Virus record (IMG/VR): IMGVR_UViG_3300035494_000066
DNA: 64,000 nucleotides
From: a virus
Lineage: Duplodnaviria; Heunggongvirae; Uroviricota; Caudoviricetes
Strand: one strand, 5' to 3'
Under the pieces are notes generated by a model. The model saw only the letters and a list, made by a program, of their open reading frames with translations. It ran no database searches and was not told the origin of the DNA. Shown here piece by piece: positions 56,074 through 63,855 of this stretch. A program made the translations under genes and the position numbers. Numbering within the stretch: position 1 is the first letter of the stretch; each line of letters opens with the position of its first letter.

Positions 56074-57083
56074 TATTAATATCTCTTAAAATTTCTAAAG
56101 TCTTGTCATCTTTAAATAACCAGACTTCGTATTCATAGCCTGCATCTAAAACAGCTTGCCATTTACGAAGATTGTTTGTTAATCTGTTTTCGTACCCAGG
56201 CCGTTGTTTGGCATCCCACCACCACTGTGCTTTAACTTCGATAATCTTATTTTTATGCGGGATATAGATGTCTGGGTAATACTTTGCTCGGCGACTGTTT
56301 GCTTCTTTATTAATATAGTCAAACACCGGAATGTTATATTCAGATATTCTATCATCAACTACTAACTCAGTCTCTGCATACCCTTGCTCTAACAACATAG
56401 CAATGACTTTATCTTCATAGCCTCGCACATGCACAATATCACCCGAAGGCAATACAAATTCGCGACCTATCGAATTTGACTTTGCTGACTTTGCCCTGAC
56501 TTCCGGCTTCATTAATGCATTCTCTACGCCAAATTTTTCCATACATGTTTCGCGACGCTTATCTACAATTGCACCAATCTCATCTGTAGTCTTATTCTGC
56601 CAGGTTGCTGATGTTTTTCCTGGATTAGAATAATTACTATGACCGTATTTTTTTTAATTTAGTTGCCGATGCCTCTGCTTTAAACTCTTCGGTTTGTGTA
56701 GCAAGCATACCGTACTTTGCAATCTGTGTTGCTTTCGACTTTGCTACTTGCTCTGCAACTTCTTCCTTTGTTCGACTGTATGCAGCTTTCTTCTTATTAA
56801 TCAAGTCCTGCAACACTTGCTCTTCTGTCCAAGACTGCTTCGTTACTGATACATTCTTACCAACACACTTCGGACTACCGCACGACTTAGCATACGATTC
56901 ATCTTTTTGATAGAATGTTAACGGCTTTGTACATGCACAGACAGGCGTTACGCCAGTTATATATGTTTCATAATAATCTTTATACGTTAAACCATGAGTA
57001 CGCAAATGACGTGTAAATTGGCCATTCTTTCTACAATATTGCTTATTATCTATCTTTGATATTACATAAAATTTAGTATTCAT
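56066..57083 (-). pseudogene. Zn-finger + KYG-repeat + PD-(D/E)xK putative homing endonuclease broken by one extra A in an A8 run (56648-56655)
   Basis: Removing one A gives ...TKLKKYGHSNYSNPGK...ETCMEKFGVEN...YYPDIYIP...IIEVK, 338 aa. Confidence 0.75.
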
Positions 57084-57107
57084 TTCTATACGTCTCGTTG
57101 AAATCGC

Positions 57108-57113
57108 TATTTA
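57108..57113 (-). promoter_or_regulatory. late promoter core TAAATA between terL-N and the endonuclease
   Basis: Lies in the 36-nt spacer. Confidence 0.65.
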
Positions 57114-57119
57114 CTAAAA

Positions 57120-58040
57120 TCATTTATCCATCAAATTATACAACTCGCCGATTGTGATTGTTATTTCGTTATTAAATTCGTCTAAGATCGTTACATTATT
57201 GTCGGTGTACAAACAATCCATCTCGCGACGGAATCGCTCGTCGCCGATTCGGCTGCGCTCTTCGTTTGCCCACTGCTCGTCTCGCTCTGGATGCTCGTAC
57301 CATAACGCCTTATACGCTTTAAATCCATTCTGTCCGACTTCTGTTTCGTTACCAAACTCGTCGAATGTCTTATTTGCACCCAGCCACAGCTCCCAGAACT
57401 GATCCTCGTCTGAGTTTGGTGTGCTAGTTATTATAGCTTTACCGCCTGTAGCAAGTGTAGGCGATATGGACGTCCAAAATTCTTTAGCAATAGTGTTTCG
57501 TACGAACGCAAATTCGTCAGTGTATAGTAACGAAATAGACATCCCGCGGCCGGTGTTTTCTGTTGTGGCTTGTGCTACAATTCGGCTTCCGTTATCAAAC
57601 TCAATACTGCCTTTGTTGTAACTTACTACACCGGCACGTATATGATCAGGGCATGACTCGTACGCGTATCGGATACGCTGCATGATCTCTTGCGCACCCG
57701 AATACTTGTGCGCTGCAATTAAGATAGTGCTATCCGGAATAAACATAGCATACCACAGTAAGTAACCTGCAGCAGTTGTAGTCTTGCCGAGCTGTCGCGA
57801 CAGCAAGTTGATACTAAACCGGTACTTGTGATAGTTGTCTACTAGTCCGCGTTGGTAGCCATACGGCTCGTAGAGCATCTTACCTCTAGTAGGGTGTTGT
57901 ATGTAGAAGTAATTTTCCAGAAAATACGAAGGGCCAAAACATTCATCAGCGCACCTTGCAAATTCTAACATCTGCTCCCGGGAGAATTCTTGCGGCTTGT
58001 GGGCTCGTTTGATTAAGACGCCATCTAATGATTTTGACAT
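57120..58040 (-). CDS. terL: terminase large subunit N-terminal (ATPase) fragment ending in a 31-aa split-intein N-half
   Basis: YQ, SRQLGKTT Walker A, LLYTDEFAF Walker B, TSTPN, FRREMD/CLYTDNN...IGELYNLMDK stop. Confidence 0.93.
   Translation of the reverse strand: MSKSLDGVLIKRAHKPQEFSREQMLEFARCADECFGPSYFLENYFYIQHPTRGKMLYEPYGYQRGLVDNYHKYRFSINLLSRQLGKTTTAAGYLLWYAMFIPDSTILIAAHKYSGAQEIMQRIRYAYESCPDHIRAGVVSYNKGSIEFDNGSRIVAQATTENTGRGMSISLLYTDEFAFVRNTIAKEFWTSISPTLATGGKAIITSTPNSDEDQFWELWLGANKTFDEFGNETEVGQNGFKAYKALWYEHPERDEQWANEERSRIGDERFRREMDCLYTDNNVTILDEFNNEITITIGELYNLMDK
57123..57215 (-). mobile_element. atypical short IntN of TerL (31 aa)
   Basis: Cys1...V.I......I.IGELY block-A pattern, then stop. 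Confidence 0.85.
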
Positions 58041-58049
58041 CGATTCCTC

Positions 58050-58077
58050 TTGACTTATTTTTTATAGATGATATAAT
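58050..58077 (+). promoter_or_regulatory. sigma70 promoter TTGACT-16-TATAAT (extended TG) for the HNH gene; overlaps the divergent terL late promoter TAAATA at 58080-58085
   Basis: Direct reading. Confidence 0.65.
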
Positions 58078-58112
58078 TCTATTTATCGTGTAACTTTAAA
58101 GAACTTAATACT

Positions 58113-58634
58113 ATGTCGCATACACTCATCTTAAACGCAGACTACCAGCCTATTAGCTTGATTCCGCTAAGTGTCATTGACTGGCAACAGGCGATAAAAT
58201 TGCAGTGGCTCGGAAAGCTTCATGTACTACACACATACGAAGATTGGATAGTACATAGTCCTACTACTTCGTTCCATGTCCCGGCGGTATGTGTTACATC
58301 GAAGTACTACAAAGTTCCTCTAGACGCAAACTTCTCGCGATCCAATCTATACATACGTGATGCATTTGTTTGCCAGTATTGCAACGAGCAGTACAGCACA
58401 TCCGAGCTTTCGATTGATCACGTAATCCCGCAGTCGCTCGGCGGTGGTACGTCATGGGAGAATTGTGTAACTAGTTGCAAACCGTGCAACCACGGTAAAG
58501 GAAGCAAACTCATCAAGCCAATTCGCCAGCCGTATGCACCATCATACTGGGATCTTGCAAGAAAGTCAGTTGGTCGGCATGTCAAAATTAAACACGATAG
58601 CTGGCGGCAATATTTAAAACCTGTACTGTCATAA
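58113..58634 (+). CDS. HNH endonuclease family protein (CxxC...DH.IP...GG...WEN...C..CN)
   Basis: LILNADY.P, RD...CQYC, SIDHVIPQSLGG.TSWENCVTSCKPCN..K. Confidence 0.9.
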   Translation: MSHTLILNADYQPISLIPLSVIDWQQAIKLQWLGKLHVLHTYEDWIVHSPTTSFHVPAVCVTSKYYKVPLDANFSRSNLYIRDAFVCQYCNEQYSTSELSIDHVIPQSLGGGTSWENCVTSCKPCNHGKGSKLIKPIRQPYAPSYWDLARKSVGRHVKIKHDSWRQYLKPVLS

Positions 58635-58661
58635 AAAAGCCCTGCATATGCAGGGCTTTTT
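58634..58661. terminator. bidirectional terminator between convergent genes
   Basis: Perfect palindrome AAAAAGCCCTGCATATGCAGGGCTTTTT. Confidence 0.9.
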
Positions 58662-58669
58662 ACTTTCAA

Positions 58670-60784
58670 TTACATAGAAGTGTAGCCGCTTCCGTTAACG
58701 TTTGAATCTACTCCAGTTGACTTAAGTCGCTTGCGCAAATTCTCTTCTTGCCTTGCTAAGCTATCTGCTAACGTAGTATTACCGGCTTCTTGTGCTTTTT
58801 GTTTTCGGTGCACAATTTGATTTAGCTGATTAGTAAGCGCCAACTGTTGAGCGTTTTCACTTACACTACCTTGTTCGCGGGCAGCTGAGACAATCTGAAT
58901 CGTATACGTTGGGTTTTTAACTTTGATCTTATCAGTAACTGCTCTAGCATGGCGCATAGACTTGAACTCAACTGGCGTCCCTGCTTTTTTCCAGACTTTT
59001 CCGTTGATAACAACATTAAATACTTTGTTTTGTGCAGCAGGCACACTATTCGTCTCTGATCCTAGCTCATGATCTAATTCGCGCTGTTTAAACTGCTGCT
59101 TTGTCATCTGACCCCAGTCGTCTGTTTCATTGATGTTAGCTTTAGTTAATTCACTTGCGCGGAACTCAACTTCTCTTCCACCTCGGAATTTTACTAATAT
59201 GTAACCACCGTCTTTTCCGGAAACAGTGCCAGTTCGGCCGGCATACTTTTTACCAATTCGATCTTTAACGGTGCTGCTAACTGTAACTTTAGCACCGTTT
59301 TCGAAGTTTTCCTGCAGAGTAGCAGCGCTTTCGTTGTCAACACAACTTTCGGCAAAAATGCGCACGTTATCAATGTTGTCTTCGTTTTTTGCAATCCATC
59401 GTTCAGCTGCTGATTGTGTTTTAAACTTTTTACGAAACTTCTTGTCGTTTAAACCTTGTACACCAGTTACAATAACAGTTTTTCCGTCCATGTCTGTGTC
59501 TCGGGCTACTACGCTGCTCTCTTTTACATTATAGCCGCGATCGTCTGCCGCTAGCGGATTGTCTCCCGGGCGTTGTTTGAAGTGCTTACCTTTCGGTCCG
59601 TTAATGCCACCACTTAAACCAACTAGCTGAGTTTCGGTATCTAGATACTTTTCGTCTGGTTCGTTGGCGTATTCTTCTGTTGTTACAGCCGAGCAGCCAC
59701 AATCGTCGGCAGTATTTAATCCTGATAGTTTAAGGATTTCTGCTAGCATCAAAGCATGTTGTCCTGTTGCATTAACACTAACACTTTGCTCACCAGCATC
59801 GTTAACTGTACTAGTAATGCTAAACGACTCGTTAATTTTTTTAGATTCAGTGACTGGAGCGTTTTTACTTAAGTTATCAGCAAACGACACCATTTCATCG
59901 CCGTATTGCGACAATGTCATATATTCATCATCGTCGTACCAAGTTTCCATCTTACGGAAGAATGATTGTACTAACTCAGTCGTGCCTAGCTTATGCGCAA
60001 AGCTCCATAAGTTTTCATTAAATTCTTCTAAAAATGATTCAGAATATTCGCCTTGGTCGTATAAGCTTTCCATCTTTGCATACAACGTTTTCATTACTTC
60101 AACAGCATTGGATTTATCTACGCTGCTGTCATCGCTACCTTCGTGCACGGACTCAAAATCAAACTGGCGAGAGTAATCATTCCAGTCTTCATCTTCGTCT
60201 TCGTCGTCTGCATGCTTTAATTGACTTCCGTGGTACGCACTTTGGTCGCCATGGTCGAGATCAACAACATAGAATTTGCCCGACGGTGATACCCCTGCGA
60301 TGGTTCCGAGCCCTTCGGGAGAGTGTACACGATCTCCCTCCGAAAATACCTCTTCGTCGTCATCTTCATAATAGTCGTCGTCACTTTCTATAACTGTATC
60401 TTCGAGCTGACTGTCTAGTTCAATATCGTGCACCCGAGCAAAGTCGTCGACGAATTCGTTCAACTCGTCAGCTGTTGTCCACTTACTGTACTCGGCCATG
60501 AGAGTTTTAGGACCTAGGGCTGTTTCTAGCTCGTCGATTGCTGCTTGCAAATCTCCATACTGATCTACGTCAATGTCGAACGCGCCTTCGACATGATCAA
60601 TGAATTCTTGCATGTCGCGGCTTCCGAGCCAGCGGACTAATTCAGCCCATAAACTAACTAACCCAACTTGGTCAACTAGCGCATTAAATTTCTCAAATTT
60701 GTCGCCGTACGACTCTAAGGTGCGTGACTCGCACAATGATGTTTTTGATGATATAGCATCAAGCTTGTTTAAAATATCTTTCAT
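58670..60784 (-). CDS. 704-aa modular protein; candidate processed internal head polyprotein
   Basis: Tandemly duplicated helical units and two SH3/KOW-like units, separated by LCES, VIES, VHEG, VTES, INES, VKES, LQEN, INET, VSEN. Confidence 0.65.
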   Translation of the reverse strand: MKDILNKLDAISSKTSLCESRTLESYGDKFEKFNALVDQVGLVSLWAELVRWLGSRDMQEFIDHVEGAFDIDVDQYGDLQAAIDELETALGPKTLMAEYSKWTTADELNEFVDDFARVHDIELDSQLEDTVIESDDDYYEDDDEEVFSEGDRVHSPEGLGTIAGVSPSGKFYVVDLDHGDQSAYHGSQLKHADDEDEDEDWNDYSRQFDFESVHEGSDDSSVDKSNAVEVMKTLYAKMESLYDQGEYSESFLEEFNENLWSFAHKLGTTELVQSFFRKMETWYDDDEYMTLSQYGDEMVSFADNLSKNAPVTESKKINESFSITSTVNDAGEQSVSVNATGQHALMLAEILKLSGLNTADDCGCSAVTTEEYANEPDEKYLDTETQLVGLSGGINGPKGKHFKQRPGDNPLAADDRGYNVKESSVVARDTDMDGKTVIVTGVQGLNDKKFRKKFKTQSAAERWIAKNEDNIDNVRIFAESCVDNESAATLQENFENGAKVTVSSTVKDRIGKKYAGRTGTVSGKDGGYILVKFRGGREVEFRASELTKANINETDDWGQMTKQQFKQRELDHELGSETNSVPAAQNKVFNVVINGKVWKKAGTPVEFKSMRHARAVTDKIKVKNPTYTIQIVSAAREQGSVSENAQQLALTNQLNQIVHRKQKAQEAGNTTLADSLARQEENLRKRLKSTGVDSNVNGSGYTSM

Positions 60785-60786
60785 GT

Positions 60787-61311
60787 TTAATCCCTTTTAC
60801 TTAGCGGACCTGGTTTTGTAGCAAACACATCTTTCATTGAGTCGTCTACTAGGTCGTTAACGAGTTTTTTATTGTAATTGTCGCCGTAATAATCGTCGTG
60901 GTCAATATCTGACTTTGCATAATCTGTGTCGAGCAAAGACTCATATTCTTCATCGCCTTTTGCAACTGCTTCTTCTCTAGCAATCTCTTCTGGGTGATCT
61001 TTATTGATCACAACCATATGGCTTGCTGGGTATCGAAGGACAAACGACAAGTAGTTATGCAACTCTGCCGGAGTTACCGGATAACTCACAGTCGCGTCAA
61101 CAATCGACACATCTGCATTCTGCAACGTTTGGAAGTCTAAGGGATGCTCTTGGATCGGCGTCTTTTTTGGCTTTGACAAACTTTTAAGTTCGTATTTTTC
61201 TAACGCAATTTCTAGCTTTTCGATATTAAAGTCGTCTGGCAGATCTGCAAACTTTAATCTAAAGCTATATTCTTTTGCACTTTCAGTTAAGTATTCGCGA
61301 AACTTTTTCAT
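60787..61311 (-). CDS. late protein with T4 capsid-targeting-like N-terminus MKKFREYLTE/S
   Basis: Resembles the T4 IP leader MKTYQEFIAE; late promoter 61341-61346. Confidence 0.65.
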   Translation of the reverse strand: MKKFREYLTESAKEYSFRLKFADLPDDFNIEKLEIALEKYELKSLSKPKKTPIQEHPLDFQTLQNADVSIVDATVSYPVTPAELHNYLSFVLRYPASHMVVINKDHPEEIAREEAVAKGDEEYESLLDTDYAKSDIDHDDYYGDNYNKKLVNDLVDDSMKDVFATKPGPLSKRD

Positions 61312-61360
61312 AACATTCCTATTCTAAATAGTATATGTTATATTTAGCAGAATGTAAGGG

Positions 61361-61888
61361 TTACTTTGGTTTGTTATTAAGCTCAGCTCTGAGCTCAGCT
61401 AGCAGTTCATTACGGTCGTATACTTTACTCTGTACTGTTCCGTCGATCGAATCGTCGACTAACGCAGCAGGTTTATTCTTAAGAGCATTTTGCAATAAAC
61501 GTGCTTGTTTTAACTGCAAGTCAATAGATTTTAACTTTTTATCTGCTTTAGCAGTTTTAGCTGTTATTGCATGACCTAATAACCGACTAGCTACATTAAA
61601 TATTTCAGCTGAAAATCTAGGATCAACATTAAGGCCTAGGTCCATTAAGTCGTTAAACCCAGTGTGTGCGTCATTTGACAACTTGTCGAATTCTTCGTCT
61701 GCTGCTTCTAACCCTTTAATAGACGGTAGTGATGCTGTAACTTTATCCAACAGCTCATTATAACGATCTAAGTCTGTGCTTTCGTCGGTATATTCATCGA
61801 TGTTATATTCTATATCATCGTCATCGACTATCTCATCGTCGGTATCAGCTGATAATATATTAAATGTTTCTTCTAACTTTTTTGTCAT
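61361..61888 (-). CDS. putative terminase small subunit (T4 gp16-like)
   Basis: Helical DL.DLG..V.PR...EIF.VA..LL...K pattern; upstream of terL. Confidence 0.45.
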   Translation of the reverse strand: MTKKLEETFNILSADTDDEIVDDDDIEYNIDEYTDESTDLDRYNELLDKVTASLPSIKGLEAADEEFDKLSNDAHTGFNDLMDLGLNVDPRFSAEIFNVASRLLGHAITAKTAKADKKLKSIDLQLKQARLLQNALKNKPAALVDDSIDGTVQSKVYDRNELLAELRAELNNKPK

Positions 61889-61903
61889 TGATTAACTGCC
61901 TTT

Positions 61904-62353
61904 TTATTTTTTTCTACGCCGTTGTGTGCCTTGGTGGAAAATATCATCCTCTGTAACAATCCGGAATCGTATTTGATTGCGCTTACACCAAATTGCAGCA
62001 GCTTCCCATTTAGCTTGATTTAAAATAGCAGCAGCTTGCGCTTTTTTACTGCGGCCTGCTTCTTCTAGGCTTGTTTCTTTTTTAGGCTTTACTTCAATTA
62101 GCTCTGCATGTTGCTTTTGGTTTTTATCAACGTATACGATAAAAAAGTCCGGAACATATATTGTGTTCTTTCCTGTGAACGGATTTCTGTACGGTATATT
62201 AATTGACTCACTTGCCCATTGCAATACACTCGGATTGTTATCGGCAAAATTCATAAAAGCCCATTCCCAACTACTGCGATAATGAATCTTCTTTTTTCCT
62301 ATATACTTTTCGGGATGTTTTGGTGTAAAAAGCCCCTGTGCAAATTTAGTCAT
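61904..62353 (-). CDS. gp4: head completion nuclease (T4 gp4, TnsA-like)
   Basis: MTKFAQG.FTPK.PEKYIG, YRSSWE, WASE, YVPDF, LIEVKP, KWEAA, EDDI; true start 62353. Confidence 0.9.
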   Translation of the reverse strand: MTKFAQGLFTPKHPEKYIGKKKIHYRSSWEWAFMNFADNNPSVLQWASESINIPYRNPFTGKNTIYVPDFFIVYVDKNQKQHAELIEVKPKKETSLEEAGRSKKAQAAAILNQAKWEAAAIWCKRNQIRFRIVTEDDIFHQGTQRRRKK

Positions 62354-62357
62354 ATTA

Positions 62358-63257
62358 TTATTTATTATCCTCTGTAAGCAACGATTCGGCATACTTTAAC
62401 TGAAGCTCTTCTAATGTGATCGTGCAGTTGCTTCCTTTCTGTAAATTTTTCTTTGCAGATATTAATATTAAATTATGCTGGTGCGCAATAATCTCCGGAG
62501 GCACACCATTGATAAACCCTTGAAATACACTATATCTATGATCAAGGTGCCACTCTCTGCCACGGTTACCATTTGGATCGATTTTTTCTTTATGTATGTG
62601 GTAAGTTTGCTCTGTCAAATATTGAACCGCTGCATAATATAACTGTTTACTTTCCGGGTTCGACATATACTCACGGATAAGTTCTTCTGCAATTTGCTTC
62701 TTAGTTGCTTCGCGCTTAACTACTACATCAAGTTTCTCCGAATCTGTCGCCTCTTTCCACCATCTGTGCGCGCCTGTCTTAAGCATAACAGTTTTAACCC
62801 ATTCTTCCTTTAGCTCAATTGATAATGAATTCATCCAGCCGAATTTATATTTTCGTTCTTCAGCAGTCATTTTACTATTATTTTTGCGAGCAGTGGCACC
62901 AGCTTTTGCATGTATGGCTTTATCAACGCCTTTGGCTTTCCTATCTGCCCATATGGCTTTTTGATTATTGCTAACTTTCTGTACGAACGCTGCGTGTTTT
63001 TCTGGGTCAGTTGCGTTCTGTTGCCTGATTTCTTTCATTGCCAATGACTTACATGCCGTCGACGAACAAACATTTTTATATCCTGCAACGATGTTTACAT
63101 ACGAAGTGTTATTGCCACAGAACTTACATACACCGTCATTAACCGACTTAACATGTGTGTCATAATATTCCCTAGCTGAAATTTTGTGTGCATAGCGAAC
63201 ATGCAGCGATAGCTTCTTCGCCGATTTGAATTTTTCCGAACATATTCTACATTGCAT
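62358..63257 (-). CDS. Zn-finger + C-terminal HNH putative homing endonuclease
   Basis: CRIC...H...H, CKFCG...CS..C; WHLDHRYS...HNL......NL.K; ATG 63257 with GGAG; late promoter 63279-63284. Confidence 0.8.
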   Translation of the reverse strand: MQCRICSEKFKSAKKLSLHVRYAHKISAREYYDTHVKSVNDGVCKFCGNNTSYVNIVAGYKNVCSSTACKSLAMKEIRQQNATDPEKHAAFVQKVSNNQKAIWADRKAKGVDKAIHAKAGATARKNNSKMTAEERKYKFGWMNSLSIELKEEWVKTVMLKTGAHRWWKEATDSEKLDVVVKREATKKQIAEELIREYMSNPESKQLYYAAVQYLTEQTYHIHKEKIDPNGNRGREWHLDHRYSVFQGFINGVPPEIIAHQHNLILISAKKNLQKGSNCTITLEELQLKYAESLLTEDNK

Positions 63258-63340
63258 AATTTTATCTCCCAACAACTATATTTACGTTAAGAAGTAAAAT
63301 TTATCGGTTTTTCATTACATTTACTAACGATTTAATATGT

Positions 63341-63460
63341 TCAAGCGGGTCGTTTGGATCTGTTTTTCTTTTCTTTAGCGTAATGTTTAGGATCAACATT
63401 TTGTTTGTTTTTCCATTCACGCTTCGATACATTAGATCCTTCGTAATTTAATTTACTCAT
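63341..63460 (-). CDS. small basic ORF (39 aa; 52 aa if one A of the A5 run at 63363-63367 is removed)
   Basis: ATG overlaps the stop of the gp4 stub (ATGAGTAA). Confidence 0.4.
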   Translation of the reverse strand: MSKLNYEGSNVSKREWKNKQNVDPKHYAKEKKNRSKRPA

Positions 63461-63512
63461 AATACTTTGACTGATTCTTCGGAGTAAACTTTCCTTGTGC
63501 AAATTTAGCCAT
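63453..63512 (-). pseudogene. stranded 5' stub of gene 4 (MAKFAQGKFTPKNQSKYYE*)
   Basis: 12 of the first 17 aa and 37/51 nt identical to the start of the intact gp4 at 62353. Confidence 0.85.
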
Positions 63513-63513
63513 A

Positions 63514-63855
63514 TTATTGAATTATGTTCCTTGCAACAAAATTTGTCGGCTTCTTAGGTTCTTTAATTCCCAACAAGCTTGTATTACTTCTTGTTCTATT
63601 AATAAGTGCTGCCATAAGCGCATTAACAGATACCCCTTCTTGTGATGATATTTCATCTAATAGTTTCATTGGGTCGATATTAGTATCTGCAGATATAGCC
63701 ATTAAACTCTGAGCCATTGCTTCAGCTGCATCCTTGTCACCTATCTCTTTAAGAAAGAAACTCTTAATAGCATTATATGCATCCGGGTTTATTGATATCT
63801 CAACATTGCGATATCCATCAAATACTACTTTTTTTACGACTTCGGTATTAGCCAT
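63514..63855 (-). CDS. conserved hypothetical protein
   Basis: 113 aa, TAATG coupling to the upstream gene. Confidence 0.75.
   Translation of the reverse strand: MANTEVVKKVVFDGYRNVEISINPDAYNAIKSFFLKEIGDKDAAEAMAQSLMAISADTNIDPMKLLDEISSQEGVSVNALMAALINRTRSNTSLLGIKEPKKPTNFVARNIIQ

Noticed and set aside
57084-57107. RBS-sequestering hairpin before the terL-embedded endonuclease, like the nrdA one
   Set aside because: Only a weak 5+3-bp interrupted stem, and it lies downstream of the late promoter, so it could not act as an early/late switch.
62353-63512. Gene-4 interruption as a group I intron or a T4 gene-60-type ribosomal bypass
   Set aside because: The downstream copy has its own complete N-terminus and promoter. 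No in-frame junction gives both an exon-terminal U and an intron-terminal G, I could see no group I core, and 1.1 kb is far too long for a hop.
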